Assembly: GCA_964016885.1 (NCBI GenBank)
Contig: OZ024742.1
Location: 70,680,001 to 70,744,000 of the forward strand
Source of the DNA: Eledone cirrhosa
Lineage: Eukaryota
Length of the DNA: 64,000 bases
Direction: 5' to 3'
Position numbers and translations under genes: made by a program. The notes under the pieces were generated by a model, which had not been told where the DNA came from, did not search any database, and saw nothing but the letters and a program-made list of their open reading frames with translations. Positions 1 to 12,929 of this stretch are shown one piece after another; the stretch's first letter is position 1; each line of letters starts with the position of its first letter.

Positions 1-3000
1 ACCCGGCCAACCACACCACCCCTACAACTGGTAGCCCACCACCAACCTCCGCTCTAGTCCCACCGTTAGAACCACTGTTGCCTCCTTTACTGACTCAGTC
101 CCTCCACCGAATTCCAACGCTGGCCCTTTACTGCCAACTGCTGCCAGCCCACCACCTGATTGCGCTCTCTGTGCCCGCACTAGCCGGTACTTAAAGACAA
201 TTAAATGTCACCTATGCCACGCAAGTTATCACAGAAGCTGTGTCGGCATCACCAAAGCTCAAGCCGAAAGGCTTCAATACTGGACCTGTAATCGGAGCCA
301 CTTCAACTCCGACGTATTCCGTGGGGATGCCCCACGCTTCGATGACCAACTTTCTACCGAGGACTTTTCCACAGCCCTCCAGGGTTTCTCCAAATCTAAG
401 CTCATTAACCGGATCCCTAAGGGAGCTCGGAATAGCTTTGCACGTGCCCTCTCTAATTTATTGAAAAACGTTTGCTCGTCCAACAATAGGTCTGACTGGC
501 AGAAATTGTTTTTGTTTTCTCTCATCTCTCTTCACGTGCACAATGCGGATTCGGGTTCCCTCACGTCCTCTCTCGAGCCGCAGTTCCAGCTGTTTAAGTC
601 CACCCCAACCACCTCTCATCTCAGTTTGACATCGAGCTCGGTGTCCACCAACAGACAACCGGTAGACCTCAAACGAGCGGTCAATGCCAAATTTTACATT
701 AAAGGGGCTGTCCGTCATCTCTCTTCTCTGTCCTACCTTGCTCCATGCAACTCTGATTCTCTTGAGCGACTGAAAGAGAAGCACCCATCGGCACCCCCCA
801 GATGATCAGCTACACTGGCCCGAACCACCAGAATACTCGAGACCGGTTTACACCACCAATATTATCAGAAAGGTGATTTCATCCTTCCCCACTGGGTCAG
901 GCGCGGGAGGTGACGGCCTTCGTCCTCAACACCTCAAGGATGGTATCTCCTTATCGGCCGGTGACACCGGACTCGAGCTCTTGGAGAGTCTGACTCAGTT
1001 TGTGGATCAGTTCTCTTTAGTGAACGTTCTCCCGTTCATCTTCCCCCTGTTCTTCGGTGCGAAGCTATTCGGTCTCACCAAGCCCAATGGAGACCTGCGC
1101 CCCATTGCGGTTGGCTGCACCCTTCACCCTCTGCCTGCAAATATGTGTTTACTATTGGTCTCCGACTTACTGGCGGAGGAATTTTCCCCATCCAGCTGGG
1201 AGTGGGTACCAAGTTGGGATGTGAGGCTCCTGTCCACGCTCTTTGTCCTCCAAGGTCATCCTCAAACTTGACCTCAGGAATTCCTTTAACTCCGTCAGCC
1301 GTGACGTCGTCCTCGGCTCAATAAGAAAGAGGGTCCCACAACTCTACCACTTTGCTTGGCAGGCTTATCGGGAGCCCTCCTACCTCTCTTTCGGTGACCA
1401 AAAAATCACCTCTGCCTCAGGAGTCCAACAGGGTGACCCACTCGGGCCCGCTCTGTTTGCACTGGACATTGATGACGTCACGAAGATGGGAGTTGAGTTG
1501 GACCTCAATATCTGGTACCTCGACGACGCCTGTTTGGGGGGAACTCCAGATATGGTTCTCACCACTGCCAACAAGATGGTTGAGGAGCTTGGCCGTCTTT
1601 AGGTCAATAGCTTCAAATGTGAGCTCTGGATCCTCAACCACCTGGCTTCTCAACACCAACAGCTAATCGATCTGTTTGCAGGTCCTTCCCTTCCATCGCG
1701 GTCCCTCCCCCGTCGGCTTGGTGCTCCTTAGGAGCCCCAATCACAGACCTTGCCTTCGAGTCAATCTTACAACCGAAGATGGTTGGCCTTGAGCAGCTGC
1801 TGAAGAATATTGAAGTTATCGGACCCCATCAAGATTTCTTCATACTCAGGAACTACCTGTCTATTCCTAAGCTTCTGTATCTGCTCAGGGTCAGCCCCTC
1901 TCACAGATTTCCGTCCTGCCTCCAACGCTTCGACGACCTAATCTTCGAGAGACTCGAGTGCTTGGTCAATGTTAGACTCTCTCCAGCCTCCCGCGATCAG
2001 GCTGCGTCGTTGCCCAAGCGATTTGGTGGTCTTGGTCTTCGTAAGTGTTCGTCCCCCTCTCTCCCCTGCTTCCTTTCCTCCACCCACGCTTGCTCCACCC
2101 TGGTGAGCAGCATCCTCTCCTCTCCAACATGGACTAGTTCCACCAGGAGGTGGATGAATCTCTACAACAATGGAGTGAGTTGGGCTTGTCTCTTCCTGAG
2201 AAGGTGGTGGACAGTCGAAGTCAGCATAAGTTCAAAGGCCACCTTCGACTCCTTCATCGTCCAATCAGATCAGTTTACAAAGTGCCGCTTCCTATCTGCC
2301 AGCGCCAAATACTCAGACGACTGGGTCGATGCCCTACCCGTGGCCAACGTCGGTGGCCTACTCAGCCTGGACGAACCTCGTGTCTCCAGCGCCCTCAGAG
2401 TGGGACCTGACGTCTGCATGGGTTTGAGGTGCCGATGCGGCAAACTCCTGACTCCATAGGCCTCCACAGTCTTTCTTGTCGCCTGAATGCCGGTCGCTTC
2501 GCGCGTCACACGGAGCTAAACCTCATTTTAAAGAGAGCTTTGGCCCGGGCGAACATCCCCTCAATCTTAGAACCATCTGGGTTGTCCAGAAGTGACGGCA
2601 AAAGACCTGACGGCCTTCCCCTGTGCCCCTGATCAAGAGGCAGGTGCCTTGTCTGGGACGTCACTGTTAATGACGCTTTTGCTCTTTCCCACATCTTGGA
2701 TGCTGCGGTTTGGACGAGAGCCACAGCTTCCGCAGCCGAGCGGAGTAAAACCCTCAAATACTCTGATCTGTCGGCCAGCTACATTTTTCAGCCTGTGGCT
2801 TTCGAGGCGTTTGGGGGAGTCGGGCCGCTGACTGCTAGGTTCCTCTCTTCACTGGCGGCTCGCCTAATAGAGGTAACTGGCGAATCTTGCGAGGGTGCTT
2901 GGTTGTTCCAGCGCATTAGCCTCGCCATCACCGAAGGCAACTCTGCGAGTGTGCTTGCTTGCTAAAAAAATCATTAGAGAGGTTGCCCAGTACTCCTCGC

Positions 3001-3225
3001 TGCTGTCTTTTGCTCTGGTGTTGGCTCGGTTGTCCACCCCTTCCTTTAAATTTTCTTTAATATTGTAACATTAAAAGAATATATCTTTCTGACAGAATCG
3101 CGAGCAATTTATAATGTTATCTAAGCATTTGTAATGTTATTTATGTATATATTTAAAACATATTTGTTATGTTATTCTACTGTAAATTTATTTATATGCT
3201 CTGTTTATATTTTCATTCTGAAAGA
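1..3225 (+). mobile_element. CRE-like non-LTR retrotransposon (RT plus restriction-like endonuclease), frameshifted, 5' end outside the window
   Basis: Consecutive ORF pieces carry RT motifs LRPIAVG, KLDLRNSFNSV, GVQQGDPLGPALF and WYLDD, a CCHC finger (CRCG...HSLSC) and RLE motifs RH, KRPDG and WDVT. The 3' UTR 2966-3225 is shared with the copy at 30413-32005. Confidence 0.85.
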
Positions 3226-3528
3226 AGCACAAATAAAATGTGTTTATTTGCATTCACGTTCACTTAACCGTATATCTGAATGTTAATTAAGTACAAACAC
3301 AAAACCAACCACGCATATCTTTACTATCTCTAATCCTTCTATAGATTTAGAAAAACAACCAATAATATATTCTATAAAAATGTCAAAACAACAGATGGGA
3401 ATCTAATTACTCACTGCCACCAAAAATTCTCACTGCTATCGAAAAACCACTCTCTCAACTATTCTTCTAACAACTTCACCCCTCCCTCCTAATATTCTCT
3501 ATAAAAACCAAATAGGTCCTCAGTAATA

Positions 3529-3649
3529 TTATTCTGATGAAATGACAGTAAATAATAACATTGAAATATTGAATGTCTGCATAACTAAAACTTTGTAGAT
3601 AGCAGCTGTTTTCAGGTTATGTAACTGTTATAGAAACACGTGTCAATAA
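3529..3649 (+). ncRNA. Type I hammerhead ribozyme with palindromic stem III, probably in a PLE 3' remnant
   Basis: TTATT-CTGATGA-A-ATGACAGT...ACTGTTAT-A-GAAA-CACGTG-TC-AATAA. Stem I TTATT/AATAA, stem III palindrome ACACGTGT, cleavage triplet GUC. Confidence 0.75.
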
Positions 3650-3794
3650 ATTCCTTTCAACTAAACTGTATCCATTCAAATCTTTCTATTTTTCTCCGGA
3701 TTACTTTTGGAACTACAACTGGAACCGTCGAGCAAACTCTACGTGAGCTGTTAATCTACTGTGTGTAATATTTATATTACAACACAACGGAAAA

Positions 3795-3837
<43 letters not shown>

Positions 3838-3839
<2 letters not shown>

Positions 3840-4506
3840 CCATGCTGTGCGCATGAATGACTCCCTAAACAACTATTTTACAACCAATTGCACACTGGGA
3901 AATGCCCTCAGCACAAACCAAGAAAAGGATATAAAGATTGCATAAAAAACAACCTTAAGGATCTACAGTTTAAAGTTCAGAACTGGGAAGTGCTTGCTTT
4001 AAAGAGGGTTGAATGGAGAGGACATGTGAAGGAAGGCTGCAGAATGTTTGAAGAGAGGCGTCTTGACCATGAAAAACTTGAACGTTAGCTTTGAAAAGGC
4101 CACAGTATGAACGTCAATAAGAACATAGGGAGCTGGATCTGTTAGATGTCTGGTCGTTTACTGCTCTATAGATCTGGGTACATCACTCATTTAAAATCAC
4201 ATAAAAAGCCAACTGTATGCAGCTCTAGCCCTCCAATGCTAAGTGAGACAACATGTGTAGTGTGCAAAAAAATCTGCAAATAAGTCTCTGGTCTTAAAAG
4301 GCATATGAGGGCACATAAGGATGACATCCCACAAACTGACCCAATCAATCCAATAGAGGGCACATCTTTTGTCTCTCACATTTGCTGCAGACCGTGCAAA
4401 TCTAAAGGTGGATTAAAAGCCACCTTAGAGGCTATGAACGGACTTTTGGAGTTGGTGGCGGTTGATAGGGTGCATAGGAAGACGGCAATCATATGCAAAG
4501 ATGAAG

Positions 4507-4510
<4 letters not shown>
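3838..4510 (+). mobile_element. 3' fragment of an RTE-like LINE with C-terminal C2H2-like fingers
   Basis: GHAVRM...KPRKGYKDCIKNNLK...WEVLALKRVEWR is a typical RTE C-terminus. It is followed by decayed CxxC...HxxxH motifs and bounded by (AT)n on both sides. Confidence 0.65.
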
Positions 4511-4566
<56 letters not shown>

Positions 4567-4577
<11 letters not shown>

Positions 4578-4846
4578 TATATGATAAACACATACGTGTT
4601 TGTATTGCAAAAGACGAAGTTAGCTAGAATGAAATAAACTAATTAAAATGAATATAGTTTGTCTGTCTCGATATAAGTCAATAAAGACAAGCTTATATTG
4701 GCAAAAGCCTTGCCAATATAAGCTTGTCTTTATTGACTTATATCGAGACAGACAAACTATATTCATTTTAATTAGTTTATTTCATTCTAGCTAACTTCGT
4801 CTTTTGCAATACAAACATGTATGTGTTCATCATATATTAATATATA
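4567..4846. repeat. Near-perfect foldback (arms about 135 bp, 5-nt spacer) starting in (AT)n
   Basis: 4567-4704 is the reverse complement of 4710-4846 with very few mismatches; centre TTGGCAA-AAGCC-TTGCCAA. Confidence 0.9.
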
Positions 4847-4930
4847 TTAACTTGTATTTCACGGCTCAGAAATGCTTCTTTCTTTGAGCTAATTAATTGT
4901 AAATGACTTTGAGTTTAAACTCTAAATATA

Positions 4931-5005
<75 letters not shown>

Positions 5006-5065
5006 CCGATCTTTTTTGTCTGACGTTAAATTTCTGGATATGGATATAAACAAATAATAAACGTA

Positions 5066-5129
<64 letters not shown>

Positions 5130-6198
5130 CCTTCGACCAAATTTCACTCCCAAGACATTTTTCAAGGTGCCACGCAGTGACACTGAAGCCGAAACTATCT
5201 ATCGCCTGCCTTAGCGCATTATGTATTTTAATTATGCAACTTATTCAATGCTGACTTGCGGAATCTCAAACCTAGCAGCGAGTTTCTATGCTTCTACAAT
5301 GTAATTTGAAACAAATGGTTTTTACTGAAACTACCATGCAATTAAACAAAATGGGACGAGGCGATCACACCTGAGGAAGGCCCAGTGAGGTGGGATAGTT
5401 GATACAGCGAGTGTCGCTGGCTGTTCTCCATGGCAATGTTTTCGCTATCTTGTCTGCGAGTAACAGCTGACATATACTATCCTGTCTAGGATGCAGAGTT
5501 TTCTCATTCCCATTATGATATTATGAACGAATTTTTTTAAAATCATCTTCTCCATCTCCACAAAAGCGAATTTCAACAAATATTTTTGAAGAAAATTAAA
5601 AAAAAATCTTTGAAAATGAGAAATTTAAGAGAGTTAGGTGGAATTCGTATAATAAGATCAGATCGCGTTAAGAAAGGAGGTGAGTCTTTTTATGAAATTT
5701 ATTAACACTTTGCAGTCACACACCACCAGCAACGTTAGATGATTTACTTTAAAATGTAAGGGAAGTAACTGAGACTTTATTTATTAAAGTTGCTTCCCAT
5801 ACATAATTATTGGGAAAGGAACATGCGCAGCATTGGTTGGATAATATACATACATGAACATTGTACCGTCTTCACAGACGACGCAGATTCCGAAAATCAA
5901 ATCTATTTTTCTCTCGAGTGCACCGTTTCTGATTCTTTCGGTGACCCACGGTAGTACTTTAGGGGCCAATACGTAAAATGTTGCTTTCAAAGAAAATATC
6001 AAACAAGAGAAAGAATAAAAAATTAAGAAAAACAACAAATACAATAATTAAGCATATTAGGGTTGGCTTTTACATGAGATCGGGTATAAATATATATATA
6101 TAAACAATGTATGAAGCCGAATTTTCGGCTTTTGAAGCGGCGAGAATATATCTAATTATATAAGTATAAAGAAAGAGCTTAAACGCAGAAATGCTGTA

Positions 6199-9100
6199 AA
6201 GATATATTTCTTTATTTGCCACAAGGGCGCACAAGAAAAGGGGATTTAACATACAGTCGTGTAAAAAATATATTTTCAACAAACAAATTTAACAATCGAA
6301 ATCCCCAATAGAGGGGAGGCGTTATAAATGGGTTGTTTAATACCCCGTAGATAGAACAACCCTCAACTCCAGGAGCGTGTTGTGCAAGTGCTTCTTTCTT
6401 CCTTTTGCTCTCTTCTTCAACCTACAGGTTTATATACAGAGAAGGCCCAATCACTCGGGCCATTTTTGCTACATTCACCCACCTTTCAGTAAATTTACTG
6501 GGGTGTAGTGCCTCTCTCTCCGCCCTGATTCTCCTTCTAAAGTGGTACCTAAAGAAGGGAATGAGTTGTTGTCCGGAGAGAAAGGAATCTGTCCTCAGTC
6601 CTCTCAATCTCGTCCACCATATAACCTCTTTTACTATAGCCACTATATAGAGGAAAACCGCCTCTCTTTCGTTTTTGAAAGAAGGTGGCAGTTTGATCCT
6701 TACTATGGACTCGGCAGTCAACTGGATTTATCCCATACGCGACAGCAGTTGTTCTGCGTAGTTCCACAGGTCGGTTACGCCCGGGCAGTGTACAATTGCT
6801 TGCAGGACGGTTTCAATGTCCTGTTCGCATCTTGGACAGGTCCTCTTGAAAGGATCCCTGCCGGGGCGTCCGTGCCTGTAGATCTTGTCTCGAATTGGTA
6901 GAGCTCCTCGGTAGCACTGCCAGGCCAGGGACCTTTGGAGGTTGTCCATAGTCACCGAACAGACTGGTGAGCTCGTCGTCTTCGACGCCCAGAGTCTCTC
7001 CGAGCATGTCGTCGCACTTGTAACGTACAATCCCTCTATAGAATAAAGAAGTGGAGTCCCCACTGATTGCTGTGCCCGCTTGACGGAGGACTGTGAGCGC
7101 CTGAGCGCATTCAATGTGCCAGGCGCTCATTTTCTTCGGTCTCCGCTTGACCCAGGACTGCAGCTCTGTCAGCGAGACAAGTTGCGGGAAGGCCTGTCTC
7201 ACAAACGGTGCCCACACCGGTTGGTCGGTGAGGAGTACCTAGAGATGCCGTAGCCTCAGCGCGTGTTTGCGCATCATCAGCTACGGCATTCCCAGCCCTC
7301 CGTTGGAAGGGTGCTGACAGCAGACGGATCTCCTCACTAGTGGAGCCTGCTTCTTCCAAAGGAACTGGAAGAGCATACGTTCCATCTTGGTGAGGTATTC
7401 ACGGGGACAAGGCACGGCGGTCAAGCGGTAGTAGATGACGGACACTATGAAAGTGTTATACCCACTTCTGGGTGAGCGCAAATACCTTGACCGTGACCTC
7501 GTTCCAGTTTTTCTCCACCTGGAGGTCCGGACCGAACCAGACGCCGACAATTTTACCGGTCCTTCCGTCCAGCGTCCGACAACGATGTCGGACAGCATCG
7601 GTTTACCTCTCCATGTTCCGAGTTGCAAACCGACAGATTTGTCCGGGTTCAGTTTGGCTCCTGTGAGCCGTTCGTATTTCTGCAGTAGGTTTCCGATCGC
7701 CCTGATTTTCGAGGTTTTCGACACCATTACTGTCACGTCATCGGCATAAGCCGACGCTGCTTTCCACAGTCCCGGTTCTAACGGGATGCTCTGCAGAAGC
7801 TCCAGCTTCCGCAGTAGTGGCTATAGAGTCAATACGTACAGAATGGATGAGAGAGAGCATCCCTGTCGGATAGAATGCGTGATTGTGAACGGCTCCAATA
7901 GCTAGTCGTTCACCTTGACCGTCGAGCAGATGTTGGTGTGCATTCCTGTGATCCAGCCTCTGAAAACGGGTCCGAAACCAGCCGCCTTGAGAACCGCATC
8001 CAAGTATCAGTGGTAGACCCTATCGAATGCCTTAGACTGATCTAAACTGATTAGAGCCCCCACCGAAGCCGGGTTTACACCCCACCCTCTCTATGATGTA
8101 TCGCATGAGGTGGAGGTTGTCGTGTATGGACCTGGTTGGAATTGCACACGTTTGAGCTTTTCCCAACAGGTTCTCGACGACAAGCGCCAGCCTCATTGCT
8201 AACACCTTGGCCAAGATCTTTAACTCTGTATTTAGGAGAGTTATGGGCCTGAAGTTGCTTATTTCGTCCCCCTTGTTCTCGTCTTTATTGATCAGCGTTA
8301 CTACGCCCCTGCCTGCAGAACTGAGAATTCTCCCGTTCTGCTGCCAGTTGCAGTAGACGGCTTCGAGGACACCAGAGAACAAGTCCGACATGCCTATGTA
8401 AAATTCATAGGGTAGACCATCTAGACCGGGTGATTTGCGTTTCCCGCAGCGGCCCAGAGCGTCCCGTATCTCAGTGGCTATGATCGGTCTTTCAAAGAAC
8501 TCAGCGTCCATGCTCGAGAGACGCGGCAGGCCGTCGAGGTATGAACCGAAGTCCATTGCCTCTGCTCGAACAGTTGCGCAAAGTGCCGCTTAAAGGCCGC
8601 GCACATCTGATTGGAGTCAAGTAGCACGCGTCCGTTTTGGTCTTTCAAAGACCGAATCGTGGACATGTTGCCACTTTTCGCCTCTGCCACTCGGGCCCAG
8701 CTAACAGCTTTTGCTCCCTCGTTGCCTAGAGCACGTGATCTACTCCACCACGCAGCCTTCGTGTTTCGCATCGAAGAAATGGTCCAGTGCCATTCTCGTT
8801 GCTAGCACTCTAGCTGCGTTGCACTCCTAAGCGGCTCCTCTACCTTGGCTACTAGTTCTCTTTCTGTTTTGTTTTTCTCTAAGGCTAGTTCTTTGCTAAA
8901 AGCTATGGACTCTACTCTAATTGCTCTCTTGAGAGAGTACCACCACCTATTGTTGACGATGGCTCCCGTCAACTGTTGCTTAACTAAACTATTTATCCGT
9001 CTACTGTAGGCTTTACGCGTCAGCTTCCAGTATCTGGGTCCTTGTCTATGCGTTCTATCATGGTTGGCTATGCAGGTGACTAGTTTGTGGTCTGAATAGG

Positions 9101-10660
9101 CAACCATGTACATTTGAGGACAACTTAACATTTTCCTGTCTCTCTCTCTAATAAAGAACCTATCTAAATACGATCTAGATGTCCCGCTACGATTTGTCCA
9201 TGTCCACTGTGGTGCAGTCGGGAAATCTAGTCGATACCTATCGGCGCGTTGGAATTGGCCCATTAAATTTTTGAGGCTGTTGCACCCCCTCTACTGGGAC
9301 ATGTTCCTACATAGTCCCAACGGGCGTCTAGGATACCATTCCAGTCCCCCACTAAAAGCAAGGAGCGAGACGTTCCCAGAAAAGACTCAAGACGCTTAAA
9401 GAAATCTGGCCGCGATTGCGCAGTCTGAAGGCTCCACCTCCAATACTGTTCACGTCTAGGTCTACCAGTTTACTCTCCGGGTCCAACTGTATTTGCTGTA
9501 TTTCGAGGTCCAGGTTTTTTCCGAAACATAACAGCCACTCCACCTCCACCTCCTGGTTGACAGGGAGATGTGTAGATCTCAAAGTCATTGAAGATGGGGG
9601 TTAGTTGCTGCTTGTTGTGGATCCTGGACTCGCTGATGGCTATAACATCCATACCGTGTGACCTAAGATCGTTTAAAAGTTGGTCTTGTTTCCAGGGCAT
9701 CCCTGGGTCACACACATTCACACTTCCAACTCGTAGATTAACCATGTTGGTGGAGAAGAGTTGGCGAAAAAGGGCGAAAAGATGCACTTACCTTTTCGTT
9801 TCCTGGTGATCGAGTTGTTCAATCTCCATTTGGGTGCTGGTGGGGGTGTTGGGTGGGGTGGGGAAACATTTTAATAGGACGCGGTTTATGGGTTTTTGGC
9901 AGGGGTTTCCGACGTCCTGCGAAAATTCAGTTTTTCAGTTTGTTGTAGGTTTCCATAAGGATTCTTATCAATTTCAGGTGTGGTGCCGATTCTGACTTCA
10001 CGAAAGTTTTCCTCTCAGTCTCCACCTTGGGGTTTTGGGAGATGACCTCCATCAAGTTTTTGTTGTTTGTGTTGATGTATGCGTACTGTTGTTTGTGTTT
10101 TTGTTGTGTTGTTTTTGTTTGTTGCTCATCTGGGAGTTTTCTTTTTATATGGTTGGTGTTTGTGTTTGGAGTGGTGCTGGTGTTTGTTTTACTGGTAGGG
10201 GGGTGGGGTGATTGTGGTGTTGTTTGTGTTGTTTGTTTGTGTCGGTGGTTGTGTGTTTGTGTTGGTGATTGGTGTTTTTGTGGCTTTGCGGTGTTTCTTT
10301 TTTTTGTTTTGCTTTTTATTTCTGAGGCTCTCCTTCATCCTCGTTAGGGGATGGAGAAGTAGCTTCGTCTGATGATGAAGAATCGTCATCAGGGGTGTGC
10401 GAGAGAGGTATGTTGTGTGGTGATGCTGTTTTTGTGTGTGTGTTTGTGGTAGTGTTGGATGGAGGGGTATGAGGTGGGATTGTGTTCTTCAGGAGAGTTG
10501 TCTGTGTTTTTTCTGTTGTTGGTTGAGTGGTTGTTTGTTTTGTGTGTTGTTGTTGTTGTGGTGGTGGTGGTGGTGGTGGTGATTTTGGTGTTGGTGTTGG
10601 TAAGAGTACTTTTTTGTCTTGTTTTTTGAAGTTTGTCTGTAAAGGGCAGGAGGCATTTAA
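6199..10660 (-). mobile_element. Tx1/L1-clade LINE copy 1, 5'-truncated within ORF1, ORF2 disrupted
   Basis: APE domain (VNLRVGSVNV, SYLDRFF, SDH), RT (SPGLDGLPYEFY, FRPITLLN, AYADDVT), C-terminal CPRC...H...C and a 3' AATAAAGAAATATATCT tail. Confidence 0.9.
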
Positions 10661-11266
10661 ATCAAAGGTTCTCAACCCATTTCGGCCAAACGCCCCCTTT
10701 TGCCCCTCGAAATCACGAAACGCTCCTCTACCCTATTTTTCCATTTTTCACTATACTACTGATTTTGATATCAGAAGATTACTGGGCCAAATCAAGTTAT
10801 CTTAGAATCTTTAAAAAATACTCGTACGAATTAAATACAAAAAAGTTTCAGTCCAAAACAAAAGCAAGCTATTTCAAATTATATATTTTTGAAATGAAAA
10901 AAAAAGATTTGATCTCAGTCGAAAATGCTTTTTTTTTATAAATTCTATATTTCACTGTTAGCTGTTGTAATATTTTGAGTGGATAGACAATTCTACAATT
11001 CAAACTGTAAAATCAAAATACAAAAGATGCAAAATATGAAGAATTTCTTACCTTTCTCTGAAATCACAAACTCAGGGGGAATAGTACCTTGCAAAATAAT
11101 ATACCTCGTAGCAAAATAAAATACTTAGTAGCAAGGAATGAATTGAGAAGCTTGGTGACTGAGAAAGCAATATCTGTATCCCTTATATATATACACACAC
11201 ACACAAACGCGCACGCACGCGCGCGCGCACACACACGCACGCGCATGCACGCGCGCGCACGCACAC

Positions 11267-11323
<57 letters not shown>

Positions 11324-11411
11324 TGTGTGTGTGCCTTGGTTTTGGTACAGAAAGAATTTTGTCTCCAGTTTTTATTGCCAGGTCAAAGGCCACTGCTCTT
11401 TTCAACAACGC

Positions 11412-11671
<260 letters not shown>

Positions 11672-11691
11672 TGGTAAACCTCTATCTATCT

Positions 11692-12925
11692 AGCCAAAAT
11701 GGAGCGCGCGCTCTTCCAATTCCTTTGGAAATGGCGGGCACCTTTGGTGAGAAGATCCATCTGCTGCCAACACCCTTCTAACGGAGGGCTGGGGTTGCTG
11801 TAGTTGACGATGCGCAAACACGCGGTCAGGCTGCGGCATCTCTACGTATTCCTCACCGGACAACCGGTGTGGGCCCCGTTCGTGAGGCGAGCCTTCCCAC
11901 GACTCGTCTCGCTGACTGAGCTGCAGTCCTGGGTCAAGCAAAGGCCGAGGAAAATGGGCGACTGGCACATCGAATGTGCTCAGGCGCTCACAGCCCTCTG
12001 GCAGGCGGACCCGGCGATCAATGGAGACTCCACTTCGTCATTCTATAGAGGGTTGATGCGCAGCAAGTGCGACGACGCGCTCGGTGAAACTCTAGGCGCA
12101 GAGGAAGATGAACTGGCCAGTCTGTTCGGTAGGACCTTCCGCCCGGGACCGATGGACAGCTTCCAGAAGTCCCTGGCCTGGCAGTGCTACCGAGGAGCTC
12201 TACCAGTTCGAGACAAGCTCTACAGACATGGGCGTCCGGGCAGGGACCCTGCAAAAAAGATCTGTCCGAGGTGCGTGCGAGACGAAGAAACCGTCGCGCA
12301 CGCATTCATACACTGCCCGGGCGTCACTGACCTGTGGGGCTATGTAGAACGACTATTGTCGCGGGTGGGACCAATCCGGTTGACCACCGAGTCCATTGTC
12401 ATGATCAAACCGCCACCCTCCTTCAAAAACGAAGGAGAGGCGGTTTTCCTTTGTGTGATAGCTATGGCGAAAGAGGTTGTATGGTGGACAAGGTTGAAAG
12501 AGCTGAGGTCAGACACCTTTCTCTCCGGCCAACAACTGATTCTTTTTTTCAAATACCACTTTGGAAGAAGAATCAGGATGGAGAGAGAGGTGCTGTACCC
12601 CAGCAAGTTTTATGAAAGGTGGGTGAAAGTGGCGAGAATGGCCCGAGTGAATGGGCCTTCTCTCTATATCAGCCTGTAGGTTGAGGAAAAGGAGGAGGAG
12701 AGGAAAGGAGTACAAACTCTTCGTACTCCTGGAGATGAGGGTTGCACATTTTTTAGGGGGTATGTGTTACCCATATAAACTGTCTCCCTCTATTGGGGAA
12801 AATCGACTAACTTTTTAAATTGCATTTGTGATAACATTTTACACGTTTTTATTGTATGTTAACTTCCCCCTTTGTATTTGTCCCCTTCTTTTGTGCCCCT
12901 GTGGCTAATAAAGAAACATATCTAT
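11692..12925 (+). mobile_element. Tx1/L1-clade LINE copy 2, 5'-truncated (ORF2 C-terminus plus 3' UTR)
   Basis: ORF 11804-12679 is homologous to the ORF2 C-termini of copies 1 and 3 (LAWQCYRGALPVRDK, CPRC...HAFIHCP). Ends AATAAAGAAACATATCTATCT. Confidence 0.9.
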
Positions 12926-12929
12926 CTCT

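Noticed and set aside
10663-11155. Possible hAT MITE (CAAAGGTTCTCAAC ... TTGAGAAGCTTG)
   Set aside because: TIR match is weak and no 8-bp TSD could be confirmed.
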